DNA of 64,000 nt from Schmidtea polychroa (taxonomy: Eukaryota), in assembly GCA_044892525.1 (NCBI GenBank), contig CM097885.1:3288001-3352000 (forward strand), in the 5' to 3' direction. The notes beneath the pieces are model-generated. The model was not told the origin of the DNA and ran no database searches. It saw only the letters and a list, made by a program, of their open reading frames with translations. The position numbers and the translations under genes are program-made. Shown in pieces: positions 14,576-29,800 of the stretch. Within the stretch, counting starts at the first letter, position 1, and each line of letters starts with the position of its first letter.

Positions 14576-15070
14576 AATTTTTCAATTAAAGTAAATTATG
14601 GTTCTAAAAAATTAAATTAAAGTAAATTATGGTTCTAAAAATTTAATTACAGTAAATTATGGCTCAAATTTTTCAATTAAAGTAAATAATGGTTCTAAAA
14701 AATTAAATTACAGTAAATAATGGCTCAAAAATTTAAATTAAAGTAAATTATGGTCCAAATTTTTCAATTAAAGTAAATAATGGTTCTAAAAAATTAAATT
14801 ACAGTAAATGATGGTCCAAATTTTTCAATTAAAGTAAATTATGGTTCAAATTTTTCAAATAAGGTAATTATGGTTCTAAAAAATTAAATTAAAGTAAATT
14901 AAGGTTCTAAAAATTAAATTACAGTAAATAATGGTTCTAAAAAATTAAATTAAAGTAAATTATGGTCCAAATTTTAAAATTAAAGTAAATTATGGTTCTA
15001 AAAAATTAAATTAAAGTAAATTAAGGTTCTTAAAAATTAAATTACAGTAAATAATGGTCCAAATTTTAAA
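14576..15070. repeat. ~30-bp tandem repeat AAATTAAAGTAAATTATGGTTCTAAA (mirrored at ~29290-29765)
   Basis: Directly visible array and its reverse complement. Confidence 0.9.
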
Positions 15071-15499
15071 ATTAAGTAATCAAAGTAAAAAATAAAAATT
15101 AAAGTTAAATAAGTAAATTAAAGTAATAATTTTTTAAATAAGTAAATTAAAGTAATGTAATAAGTAAATTAAAGTAAGATTTTAAAATTTAATTACAAAA
15201 TAATAGAAGGTGTTTGAGAATTGAAATTTTTTAATGAAAATTTTTATGAAATAATTTTTAAGTAATTTTTAATAGAAATTTTAATGAAATATTTTTCAAT
15301 GGTAATTTTTAATGGAAATTTTTATGGAATAATTTTTTAAGTAATTTTTAATGGAAATTTTTATGAAATATTTTTCAATGATAATTTTAGATGGAAATTT
15401 TTATGAAATATTTTTCAATGATAATTTTAGATGGAAATTTTTAAGATAATTTTTAATGAAAATTTTTATGAAATATTTTTCAAAGACAAATTTTAATAA

Positions 15500-16560
15500 T
15501 AATTCAACAACAAACCAACAACTTAGTACCAACAACCAGTAACTTATGAACATGTATTAACAACCAGATACCTACAACTAGTTACTAACAACCAGTTACC
15601 TGATACCAGATACCTACAACTAGTTACCTGATACCAACTACTAACAACCACCTACCCATTAACTAGCTACAACCAGCTAACAACTAGATACCACGTACTA
15701 AATAACTCTCAAACAACCAAGTACTTACAACTAATTACCAGATACCAAGTACTATCAACCAGCTTACAACCTGATACCAACAACTAACAACCAACTACCA
15801 AGTACTTACAACTAGATACTAACAACCAGTTACCTGATACCAAGTACCTACAACTAGATACCACGTACTAAATAACTCTCAAACAACCAAGTACCTACAA
15901 CTAATTACCAGATACCAAGTACTATCAACCAGCTAACAACCTGATACCAACTACTCACAACCAGATAACAACTAACAACCAGATACCAAGTACTTACAAC
16001 TAGTTACTAACAACTAGCTACCAACTACTAAGTACTAACAACCAACATCAACCAGGTACTAAGCATTATCAACCAAGTACTAACAACTAGATACCTAGTT
16101 ACAAACAACCCGCTAACAACTAACAACTAGATACCAAGTACCAGTAAATTACGAACATGTATTAACAACCAGATACCTACAACTAGTTACTAACAACTAG
16201 TTACCTGATAGCAACCAACTAGCTACCAACTACTAAGTACCTACAACCAACATCAACCAGGTACTAAGCATTAATTACCAACTACTAAGTACCTACAACC
16301 AACTAACAACCACCTACCAAGTACTAAGCATTATCAACCAACTACTAAGTACCTACAACCAACTAGCTACCACCTACAACTAGATACTAACAACCAGTTA
16401 CCAACTACTAAGCATTAATTACCTACAACTAGTTACTAACAACTAGCTACCAAGTACATACAACCAGACACTAAGCATTATCAACCAAGTACTAACAACC
16501 AAGTACAAGATACCTAGTACTGTCAACTAGATACCAAACACTTACAACCAGATGACCACA
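15500..16560. repeat. C/A-rich scrambled repeat (ACAACTAGATACCAAGTACT-type modules), mirrored and expanded at ~27245-28935
   Basis: Directly visible; the right-arm copy is the G/T-rich reverse complement and is longer. Confidence 0.9.
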
Positions 16561-16921
16561 TGAAATTATTGGTTAAATATGAAAATAAGGGTTATAATTA
16601 GTTGTTTAGTAAATTATGGTGTAAAATTAAGTAATAAAGCATAAATAGGTAAATTAAGGATAAGTAAATTAAAGTTAAAAAATTAAATTAAAGTTAATTA
16701 AGGTCCAAATTTTAAAAATAAGTAATCAATGTTCTAAAAAATTAAATTAAAGTTAAATAAGTAAATTAAAGTAATAATTTTTAAAGAATTTAATTAAAGT
16801 AATAATTTTTAAATAAGTAATGTAATAAGTAAATTAAAGTAAGATTTTTAATTTTATTATCAAAAGATTGAATAACCACCAACTTTTTTGAGAAATGTAA
16901 TTTATAATGAAAATTTAAATG

Positions 16922-16981
<60 letters not shown>

Positions 16982-17413
16982 TAATAATAATTCAACAGTT
17001 ACCAACAATCGGTTACTGATTATTTTTTAACTAGGTGCTAACAAATACTTACAACTAGATACCACGTACTAACTAACTCTCAAACAACCAGATACTTACA
17101 ACTAACTACTAAATATTCTTCACTGTATTTTATGAAATGCTTTTTAAATTAATATTTTTTATACAGCTTCTATAATAATTTTAATTACAATCAGTAGAAA
17201 AACCTTTTCAAAATGTCTAAATTTAACAAAAATGTTGATTTTCATCAAAAAACCACAACTCAACCACTTTAAAACACCACGTGGAATTCAAAATAATTAC
17301 AATGAAAGACTAATGAATTCTAATTTACAAAACATTCTTCTTTTAAATGATAACTTATTATTGCAAAGTAAAAATCACATTCAATAAATACTTATTATTG
17401 ATCAGTTTTATTA

Positions 17414-20400
17414 TATATACTCTGAGTTTATCCGACAGGATGTTTTGACCCCCTAAGGGTACAGGTCGTAAGGGTATTAGTCGTAAGGGTACTGGTCGTA
17501 AAGGTACTAGTCGTAGGGGTATTGGTAACACTTAACCACAACCTACCCATTAACTAGCTACTAAGTACTAACCACTAGGTTTCAAACAACAACTACTAAC
17601 AACCACCATCAAAACCCATCGAGAAATTAACAAATATCAACCTACAACTATATAACAATCAGTAAACAACACTGTACCAACTACCAAATACAAGATACCA
17701 ACAACTTAGTACCAACAATCAACTAACAACACATAAAAATAATAGCAATTAAATACAAAATATTCTTCATCGCATACACTATTTTCTTATCAAAATCTAA
17801 GAAGTCAATCAGATACCAACTACCAAGTACCAAGTACTAACAACCAACTACCTAGAACCAACAACTATGTACTAACAAATTGATCTTTAAAAGCAAATAC
17901 TCTTCACTTGAAAAATTGGATGAAAAATTATTTGAACTCAAGGCATCAATAACTTGGTAAAAATTGATTAAATAATTGTAAAAATTTAAATTATTCAAAA
18001 TAAATATCATAAAAATTTAATTAATGGACAAGAAAAAATTCTAATCATCCAATAAATAAAAAAAAATGCTGATCATTCAAGTTGAATCAACTAAGATAAT
18101 AAATTAATAAGATAAGATCTAGTAGATAATTGATTAAGATTGAATAAATTAATTTAAATAAAATTAAATTTAATTATTTTTGTAAAAGTAATACATGTAC
18201 TCAAATTGATTGACTGATTTCTCAATATATTCAAAAAAATCAGTATAAATTCATTACAATTATCAAAGTCAGCAATCTACAATAAAAATAATTATCATAA
18301 AATTCCAAAAGAGACTAGATAACTAATGATAACATCTAATAAACCAGTAAATTTATTTAAATGACAATAATTGGTATATCCTAGTGAATTCTCCAATTTC
18401 TCATTTCCTCCCAAATATATCAATATGTAAAGATTAGTATTGTAATGATAAATACTTGTTAAAGATCATATATTCACCTCAAACTAACAAGATTCCTTAA
18501 AATCCCCTTAAATGACTATATTTCTACCCTTAATTCATATTATTACAAATATTTCACTAAAATCATCTAAAAAGCATCAAATTTCCCTGAAATAACTCTA
18601 TCTTTTAAGATTGATATTTTAATGATAAGTACTTGTTAAAGATCATATATTCCCCTCAGACTAATAAGATTGCTCAAACTCCCCTTTAAATGACTATAAT
18701 TCTAACTTTAATTCCTATTATCATACATGTTTCACTATTGATAAAACCGGTTATAATTAACTTTTTGTTAATCACTGTACTCGAAATTTAAAATAAATAT
18801 AACTGACTAGGTCCCATTAAAAGATTAAATTTATCCATTCAATAAAATATATTTCTTCAAATGATCATTTTTACCAATATTCAACCGATTTAATTACTAA
18901 TTAAAATCAAGATTTCTTCCAATAAAGATCAATTTTATTTAGTCGATGTTTTAAGTCCATATTTCTAAACTTTTGTCATTCTCCGCCTAAATAAAGATAA
19001 AAATAAATTAAAGTTGATATCAATCCCAATTATCTGTAAAGATTTCATTGTCAAAACCAAGTAAATCGATCATTATCCCTACTTAATAAAACATTGTTCT
19101 AAATTAATTTACTGTGCATTAATCACAACCTAATAAAACGATATAATTATTATTGATACATAACTGACTAATTGACATTTCCCTTAAAACAATGATATTT
19201 TACCAACATCACCCTTAAAAAATCATATATTCCCATCGAAACCCTTCCCTCATTAAAAGCAACCGACTATATCTCCCTTACAATAATATATTCCCATCTT
19301 AACCCATCTCACATTAAATCTAACCGACTATATCCCCTTAAAAGATCATATTTTCCCCATCTTAACCGATCTCTCATTAAATCTAACCAACAATATCCCA
19401 TCTTAACCGATCTCTCATTAAATCTAACCGACTATATCCCTTTAAAAATCATATATTCCCATCTCTCATTAAATCTAATCGATAATATCCCATCTTATCC
19501 GATCTCTCAGCAAATATTTCTACCCTTTTAAACATCTATCCGATTATATCCCTTAATTTCCCTAAAGATTCCACCCACTTGAACCCTTTAATATATATCA
19601 ATCCTCTTAATATCCTTAGAGAACTTCAAAAAGTATGAATTTTCATAAACTGTTAAAGACACCAGGCATTCTTCCATTGAAATAATTTAGAAGCTAAATA
19701 ATAAGAGCCCACTAAAAGATCAAAATTTACTAAAATTTTCTACAAATATTTACCATCAAATACTGGAGATGATATATATTGATTGATCATAATTCTTCAT
19801 CGATTCAACCAATCATTTTCAAGCAATAACAGCAAACTAAATTTCTGTATATCCTACAATAATTATCAAGTAAATTTAAAGTCATTGATAAATATTCTTA
19901 GAAAATTATTGAAAAAAATTATCTAGTCAAATATATTACAAAGTTATCATCAAAAATTTATTCTATCACTTAATTATTAACCTAATTGTCAATGAAATTA
20001 ATTTTTATTTAAAAACTATTCAATAAAATACAACTAATTATCAAGAAATTAACTAAATTTATCAATTAAATTTATCACCATTAAAACTTTTAATCAGTCA
20101 ACATGAAATTCTTAGAAAATTATTCAATATCCTCATAAAAATTTATCCTACCACTTCATTATTGTAAAATCTCTAATTATTAACCTCATTGAAAATAATT
20201 TTTATTTAAAATTAAAAAAAAAAAAAACAAGTCAATAAAAATACATCCAATTATCAAGAAATTAATTAAATTTATCTTAGAATTAGCATTAAATTATTAA
20301 ATATTCATTCAATAAACATGAAATTTGCAAAAATGTTAGAAATCCATGAAAATGATAGATATCTACAAAAATTACGCATATTCACAAAAAAGTACGGAAA

Positions 20401-20649
20401 TTCATGAAAATAATAGAAAATTACAAAAAATGATAGAAATTCATAAAAATGATAGAAATTTACTTGAATAAAACCATCAACTCTAAAAAATTATCAATAC
20501 CTTAAACAACAAATTTGTCTAAATTCAAATAAAAACATTAAATACCTTTACGACTAATACCCTTGCGACATGTTGAATGTGAGTAGTACCCTTGTGAGCA
20601 ATACCCATGGGGGGACAGAATATTTTGTCGGATAAACTCAGAGTATATA
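17414..20649. mobile_element. Nested ~3.2-kb non-coding TIR element, left-arm copy
   Basis: Ends TATATACTCTGAGTTTATCCGACA ... TGTCGGATAAACTCAGAGTATATA, with subterminal 15-bp repeats (GTCGTAAGGGTACTA) inverted at both ends. Confidence 0.7.
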
Positions 20650-22815
20650 TTAATTAACTCATTTATCATTGAATTAGTCAAATTATCGCAAATTTCGATA
20701 AAAAATCTAAAGTGGTAAGCAATGTAAAGAGAAATATTCTTTAAATTTTGATAAAATTAGCAATGAAGGTGGTAAGAATCTTCATTGAAGTGAGGAAATT
20801 ACTCGATGATAAATTCAAATGGGTGAAAATAATTGGTAGAATAATCCATTAATGGAGGTAGATAATGAGAAGTGGCATAGATAAGAAGAAGGTGGATAAG
20901 AATGGAAGTATATTAATTGAATTTATTTAAAATTATTTCATAAAATTCATAAATTTAATAAAAAAAAACAAATATTTGTGGGGATGTTTTAAGTGAATAA
21001 TTAATAAAAATCGGCGGAATATAATTGATTAAATATCAGGTTAATGGAAATTCGAGGGGATATAAGTGAATAATTAATGGAGAATCGGGGGGAATATAGG
21101 AGATTAAATAGTGGGATAATGGAAAATCGGTGGAAAATATAGGGATTAAATAGTGGAGAATATAAGTGAGGAGGATAGATAATTTAAACTATTTTATTAC
21201 ATAACAAGCCGCGACTAGTTTATTACATAACAAGCCGTGACTAGTTTATTACATAACAAGCTGTGAATGGTATTTTACCAACATTTTACTAAATTTTTAA
21301 AGTATGTAATTTAATTTTAATTATATTTTAAAATTGTATATATTTTGAATATCATTCTATTGTTTAATTTCAATAATAAGTTTAAAAAATCTATAATAAT
21401 TAATAAATTAATATCTTGTTAACATTTATTTGAGAATTTAAAAAACTTTACTTAAAATTAGTGAAGTATTAAATTTTAATTGTATTTTATAAGACATATA
21501 TTTGAGTATTAACTTATTTTGATTGAAGTATCACATTTAATATTGTGATGATTGTTTTCTAAATCGAAATATTTAGTGTAAAATAGTAAATTTAATAATC
21601 AATAGAATACAATATTAAAGGACTTTTTAAAAAGAAAAATTACTTTCTATTACCTAATTCCATCATTAAGTTTAAAAAGTCTATAACTGTTAATAATTCA
21701 ATTTCTTATTCACATTTTCTAATAAAACTTATATTTTTAAATTTAGTGTAAAGAATTTAATTTTAATTGTATTTTATAAGTCATTTATTTGAATATTTAT
21801 CTTATTTTTATTGAAAGGAGTAATATAATTCATATTATGATATTCGTTTCGAAATATTTAGTGTAGAATCGTAAATTTAATAGTATATAGCTATTATTGC
21901 AAGTACTTATACAACAAAAACTTTTTTATTTCTAATGTTTTATTCCATAAATAAGTTTTAAAGTATATAACTGGTAATAAATTAATTTCTTATTTAAATT
22001 TATTTAAAAAAGCTTTACTTATAAAATTTATATTTTCGAAGACTTATATTTGAATATTAACTTATATTGATTGAAAAGGGTAATTGATTTAGAAATTATT
22101 TAGTGTAAATAAAAACATTTAAATTATTAAGGTATTAAAGTACCTATTCAAAAATTAAAAAAAAAAAAGACCTAATAAATAATTTTCAATAAAATACTAT
22201 TCACAGCTTGTTATGTAATAAACTAGTCACGGCTTGTTATGTAATAAACTAGTCGTGGCTTGTTATGTAATAAAATAGTTTAAATTACATATCCTTCTCA
22301 CTTATATTCCACCGATTCTCATTATCCCACTATTTAATCTCCTATATTCCCCCCGATTCTCCATTAATTATTCACTTATATCCCCTTTATTTTCCACTAA
22401 TTATTCACTTATAACCCCCACCCCCCGATATTTAATCAATTATATTCCGCCGATTTTTATTAATTATTCACTTAAAACATCCCCACAAATATTTGTTTTT
22501 TTTTTATTAAATTTATGAATTTTATGAAATAATTTTAAATAAATTCAATTAATATACTTCCATTCTTATCCACCTTCTTCTTATCTATGCCACTTCTCAT
22601 TATCTACCTCCATTAATGGATTATTCTACCAATTATTTTCACCCATTTGAATTTATCATCGAGTAATTTCCTCACTTCAATGAAGATTCTTACCACCTTC
22701 ATTGCTAATTTTATCAAAATTTAAAGAATATTTCTCTTTACATTGCTTACCACTTTAGATTTTTTATCGAAATTTGCGATAATTTGACTAATTCAATGAT
22801 AAATGAGTTAATTAA

Positions 22816-25800
22816 TATATACTCTGAGTTTATCCGACAAAATATTCTGTCCCCCCATGGGTATTGCTCACAAGGGTACTACTCACATTCAACATGTCGC
22901 AAGGGTATTAGTCGTAAAGGTATTTAATGTTTTTATTTGAATTTAGACAAATTTGTTGTTTAAGGTATTGATAATTTTTTAGAGTTGATGGTTTTATTCA
23001 AGTAAATTTCTATCATTTTTATGAATTTCTATCATTTTTTGTAATTTTCTATTATTTTCATGAATTTCCGTACTTTTTTGTGAATATGCGTAATTTTTGT
23101 AGATATCTATCATTTTCATGGATTTCTAACATTTTTGCAAATTTCATGTTTATTGAATGAATATTTAATAATTTAATGCTAATTCTAAGATAAATTTAAT
23201 TAATTTCTTGATAATTGGATGTATTTTTATTGACTTGTTTTTTTTTTTTTAATTTTAAATAAAAATTATTTTCAATGAGGTTAATAATTAGAGATTTTAC
23301 AATAATGAAGTGGTAGGATAAATTTTTATGAGGATATTGAATAATTTTCTAAGAATTTCATGTTGACTGATTAAAAGTTTTAATGGTGATAAATTTAATT
23401 GATAAATTTAGTTAATTTCTTGATAATTAGTTGTATTTTATTGAATAGTTTTTAAATAAAAATTAATTTCATTGACAATTAGGTTAATAATTAAGTGATA
23501 GAATAAATTTTTGATGATAACTTTGTAATATATTTGACTAGATAATTTTTTTCAATAATTTTCTAAGAATATTTATCAATGACTTTAAATTTACTTGATA
23601 ATTATTGTAGGATATACAGAAATTTAGTTTGCTGTTATTGCTTGAAAATGATTGGTTGAATCGATGAAGAATTATGATCAATCAATATATATCATCTCCA
23701 GTATTTGATGGTAAATATTTGTAGAAAATTTTAGTAAATTTTGATCTTTTAGTGGGCTCTTATTATTTAGCTTCTAAATTATTTCAATGGAAGAATGCCT
23801 GGTGTCTTTAACAGTTTATGAAAATTCATACTTTTTGAAGTTCTCTAAGGATATTAAGAGGATTGATATATATTAAAGGGTTCAAGTGGGTGGAATCTTT
23901 AGGGAAATTAAGGGATATAATCGGATAGATGTTTAAAAGGGTAGAAATATTTGCTGAGAGATCGGATAAGATGGGATATTATCGATTAGATTTAATGAGA
24001 GATGGGAATATATGATTTTTAAAGGGATATAGTCGGTTAGATTTAATGAGAGATCGGTTAAGATGGGATATTGTTGGTTAGATTTAATGAGAGATCGGTT
24101 AAGATGGGGAAAATATGATCTTTTAAGGGGATATAGTCGGTTAGATTTAATGTGAGATGGGTTAAGATGGGAATATATTATTGTAAGGGAGATATAGTCG
24201 GTTGCTTTTAATGAGGGAAGGGTTTCGATGGGAATATATGATTTTTTAAGGGTGATGTTGGTAAAATATCATTGTTTTAAGGGAAATGTCAATTAGTCAG
24301 TTATGTATCAATAATAATTATATCGTTTTATTAGGTTGTGATTAATGCACAGTAAATTAATTTAGAACAATGTTTTATTAAGTAGGGATAATGATCGATT
24401 TACTTGGTTTTGACGATGAAAACTTTACAGATAATTGGGATTGATATCAACTTTAATTTATTTTTATCTTTATTTAGACGGACAACGACAAAAGTTTAGA
24501 AATATGGACTTAAAACATCGACTAAATAAAATTGATCTTTATTGGAAGAAATCTTGATTTTAATTAGTAATTAAATCGGTTGAATATCGGTAAAAATGAT
24601 CATTTGAAGAAATATATTTTATTGAATGGATAAATTTAATCTTTTAATGGGACCTAGTCAGTTATATTTATTTTATATTTCGAGTACAGTGATTAACAAA
24701 AATTTTATTATAACCGGTTTTGTCATTAGATTTTATAAATTCTTTAGGGTTAATGATTTTACATGTTTTATAAGGAAATATTCGTGATAATAGGAATTAA
24801 AGTCATTTAAAGGGGATTTTAAGCAATTTTATTAGTCTGAGGTAAATATATAACCTTTTAAGGATATTTATCGATAAAATACTAATCTTTAAAGATAGTT
24901 ATTTCAGGGAAATTTGATGCTTTTTAGATGATTTTAATGAATTATTTGTAATAATATGAATTAAGGGTTGAAATATAGTCATTTAAGGGATTTTAAGGAA
25001 TCTTATTAGTTTGAGGAGAATATATGATCTTTAACAAGTATTTATCATTAAAATACCAATCTTTAAATATTGATATATTTAGGGGGAAAATGATGCTTTT
25101 TAGATGATTTTATTGGAGAATTCACTTGGATATACCAATTATTGTCATTTGAATGAATTTACTGGTTTGTTAGATGTTATCATTAGTTATCTAGTCTCTT
25201 TTGGAATTTAATGATAATTATTTTTATTGTAGATTGCTGACTTTAATAAGTTTAATGAATTCATACAGATTTTTTGAATATATTGAGAAATCAGTCAATC
25301 AATTTGAGTACATGTATTACTTTTAAAAAAAAAATACTTAAAATTAATTTTATTTCAATTAATTTATTCAATCTAAATCAATTATCTACTAGATCTTATT
25401 TCAAAATTCTTATTAATTTACTATCTTAGTTGATTCATATTAACTTGAATGATCAATGACTAGAATTTAAAGTTCTTTCTTGTCCATTAATTACATTTTT
25501 ATGACATTTATTTTGAAAATTTTAAATTTTTACAATTATTTAATCAATTTTTACCAAGTTATTGATGTCTTGAGTTCAATTAATTTTTCATCCAATATTT
25601 GTAATGAATTTATACTGATTTTTTGAATATATTGAGAAATCAGTCAATCAATTTGAGTACATGTATTACTTTTACAAAAAAATGATTAAAATTAATTTTA
25701 TTTCAATTAATTTATTCAATCTAAATAAATTATCTACTAGATCTTATCTTATTAATTTATTATCTTAGTTGATTCAACTTGAATGATCAGTATTTTTTTT

Positions 25801-26386
25801 TATTTACTGGATGATTAGAATTCTTTCTTGTCCATTAATTAAATTTTTATGATATTTATTTTGAATAATTTAAATTTTTACAATAATTTAATCAATTTTT
25901 ACCTAGTTATTGATACCTTGAGTTCAAATATCTTAAAAGTGCCTTGAGTTCAATTAATTTTTCATCTAATTTTTTCAAGTGATGAGTATTTGCTTTTAAA
26001 GATCAATTTGTTAGTACATAGTTGTTGGTTGTAAGTAGTTGGTTGACTTTTTAGATTTTGATAAGAAAATAGTGTATGCGATGAAGAATAATTTTTTTTA
26101 TTTAATTGCTATTATTTTTATGTGTTGTTAGTTGATTGTTGGTACTAAGTTGTTGGTTTCTTGTATTTTGTAGTTGGTACAGTGTTGTTAATTTCTCGAT
26201 GGGTTTTAATGGTGGTTGTTAGTACATGGTATCTAGTTGTTAGCTGATTGATAGTAACTACTTAATGAGTAGGTGGGGATTGAGAGTGATCAATACCTTT
26301 ACGACCAGTACCCTTACGACTAGTACCCTTACGACCTGTACCCTTAGGGGGTCAAAACATCCTGTCGGATAAACTCAGAGTATATA
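22816..26386. mobile_element. Nested TIR element, right-arm mirror copy (~3.6 kb)
   Basis: Same TIRs in mirrored order; longer because of a ~350-bp internal tandem duplication near 25255-25925. Confidence 0.7.
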
Positions 26387-26802
26387 TAATAAAACTGATC
26401 AACAATAAGTATTTATTGAATGCGATTTTTACATTGCAATAATAAGTTATCAATTAAAAGAAGAATGTTTTGTTAATTAGAATTCATTAGTCTTTCATTG
26501 TAATTTAAATTATTTTGAATTTCACGTGGTGATGAGTTGTGGTTTTTTGATGAAAATCAACATTTTTGTAAAATTTGAAAAGGTTTTTCTAATGATTGTA
26601 ATTAAATATATTTTTGTAGATAGATAAAAAATTAATTTAAAAAGCATTTCATAAAATACAGTGAAGAATATTTAGTAGTTAGTTGTAAGTATCTGGTTGT
26701 TTGAGAGTTAGTTAGTACGTGGTATCATGTTGTAAGTATTTGTCAGTACCTAGTTAAAAAATAATCAGTAACCGATTGTTGGTAACTGTTGAATTATTAG
26801 TA

Positions 26803-26898
<96 letters not shown>

Positions 26899-29800
26899 CA
26901 TTTAAATTTCCATTTAAATTTTCATTATAAATTACATTTCTCAAAAAAGTTGGTGGTTATTCAATCTTTTGTTAATAAATTTAAAAATCTTAGTTTAATT
27001 TACTTATTACATTACTTATTTAAAAATTATTACTTTAATTTACTCATTTAGCTTTAATTTAAAATTTAAACCATTGTTTCCTTTAATTTAAAATTTTGAA
27101 CCTTAATTTACTTATTTAAAATTTTTAACTTTAATTTACTTATCCTTATTTTGCCTATTTATCCTTTATTACTTAATTTTACACCATAATTTACTAAACA
27201 ACTAATTATAACCCTTATTTTCATATTTAACCAATAATTTCATGTGGTCATCTGGTTGTAAGTGTTTGGTATCTAGTTGACAGTGCTTAGTACTTGGTAA
27301 GTTACTTGGTTGTTAGTACTTGGTTGATAATACTTAGTACCTGGTTGATGTTGGTTGTATGTACTTGGTAGGTGGTAGTTAGTTGTTAGTACTTAGTAGC
27401 TAGTTAATGGGTAGGTGGTTGTTGGTACTTGGTAGGTGTTAGCTAGTTGGTTGTAGGTACTTAGTAGCAGGTAACTGGTTGTTAGTAACTAGTTGTAGGT
27501 ATCTGGTTGTTGGCGGTTGTTAGTACTTGGTATCTGGTACCTAGTTGGTTGCTATCAGGTAACTAGTTGTTAGTAACTAGTTGTAGGTATCTGGTTGTTA
27601 GTAACTAGTTGTAAGTACTTGGTATCAGGTAACTGGTTGGTTGTTAGTACTTAGTATTTAGTTGGTTGATAATGCTTAGTAACTGGTTGTTGACGGTTGA
27701 GTGCTTGGTAGGTGGTAGCTAGTTGGTTGATTGTTTTTGGTTGTTAGTACTTGGTAGTTGGTTGTAGGTACTTGGTATCTGGTACCTAGTTGGTTGGTGA
27801 TTTTTGGTTGATAGTACTTGGTATCTAGTTGTAAGTATTTGGTATCAGGTAACTGGTTGTTAGTATGTAGGTTGTAGGTACTTAGTAGTTGGTAATTAAT
27901 GCTTAGTACCTGGTTGTTGTTGGTTGTTAGTACTTGGTAGTTAGTTATTAGTACTTGGTACCTAGTTGGTTGCATGTTTTTGGTTGTTGGTACTAGTTAT
28001 CAGCTAACTGGTTGTAGGTATCTGGTTGGTAATACATGTTCGTAAGTTACTGGTTGTTGGTAACTAGTTGTAGGTTGATAAGGCTTAGTACCTGGTTGTT
28101 GACGGTTGTTAGTACGTGGTATCTAGTTGTAAGTACTTGGTAACTAGTTAATGGGTAGGTGGGGGTTGAGAGTTAGTTAGTACGTGGTATCTAGTTGTAA
28201 GTACTTGGTAGCAGGTAATTGGTTGTTAGTAACTAGTTGTAAGTACTTGGTAGCAGGTAATTGGTTGTTAGTAACTAGTTGTAAGTACTTGGTAGGTTGT
28301 AGCTAGTTGTTAGTAATTGGTACCTAGTTGGTTGCTTGTTTTTGGTTGTTAGTACTTGTTAGGTGGTTGTAGGTACTTGGTAGGTACTTAGTAGTTGGTA
28401 ATTAATTGGTAGGTGGTTGTATGTACTTGTTAGTTAGTTGTAAGTACTTGGTAGCAGGTTATTGGTTGTTAGTAACTAGTTGTAAGTACTTGGTAGGTTG
28501 TAGCTAGTTGTTAGTACTTGGTACCTAGTTGGTTGCTTGTTTTTGGTTGTTAGTACTTGTTAGGTGGTTGTAGGTACTTGGTAGGTACTTAGTAGTTGGT
28601 AATTAATTGGTAGGTGGTTGTATGTACTTGGTAGTTAGTTGTAAGTACTTGGTACCTAGTTGGTTGGTTGTTTTGTTGTATGTACTTGGTATCAGGTAAC
28701 TAGTTGTAGGTATCTGGTTGGTAATACATGTTCGTAAGTTACTGGTTGTTGGTACTTAGTAGGTGGTTAATAATGCTTAGTACCTGGTTGTTGTTGGTTG
28801 TATGTACTTGGTAGTTAGTTGTTAGTATTTGGTACCTAGTTGGTTGCATGTTTTTGGTTGTTGGTACTTGGTATCAGGTTGGTAATACATGTTCGTAAGT
28901 TACTGGTTGTTGGTACTAAGTTGTTGATTTGTTGTTGAATTATTATTAAAATTTGTCTTTGAAAAATATTTCATAAAAATTTTCAATAAAAATTATCTTA
29001 AAAATTTCCATCTAAAATTATCATTGAAAAATATTTCTTAAAAATGTCCATTAAAAATTAACTTAAAAAATTATTCCATAAAAATTTCCATAAAAAATTA
29101 CCATTGACAAATATTTCATAAAAATTTTCATTAAAAAATTTCAATTCTCAAACACCTTCATCTTTTTGTTAATAAATTTTAAAATCTTACTTTAATTTAC
29201 TTATTACATTACTTAATTTAAAAATTATTACTTTAATTTACTTATTTAACTTTAATTTAAAATTTTTGACCATTGATTACTTAATTTTAAAATTTGGACC
29301 TTAATTAACTTTAATTTAATTATTTAGAACCTTAATTTAGTTATTTGAGCCCATTCATTACTTTAATTTAAAAATTTGAACCATAATTTACTGTAATTCA
29401 AAAATTTGGACCTTAATTTACTTTAATTTAATTTTTTAGAACCATAATTTACTGTAATTGAAAAATTTGGACCAATACTTACTGTAATTTAATTTTTAAG
29501 AACCATTATTTACTTTAATTTAATTTTTTTAGACCCATAATTTACTTTAATTAAAAAATTTGAGTCATAATTTACTTTAATTGAAAATTTTTTACCATTA
29601 TTTACTGTAATTAAATTTTTTAGAACCATTATTTACTTTAATTGAAAAATTTTGACCATTATTTACTTTAATTGAAAAATTTGAACCATAATTTACTTTA
29701 ATTTTTAGAACCATTATTTACTGTAATTTAATTTTTTAGAACCATTATTTACTTTAATTGAAAAATTTACCACGTTTTTAGTGTAGACCACCTATTTCTC

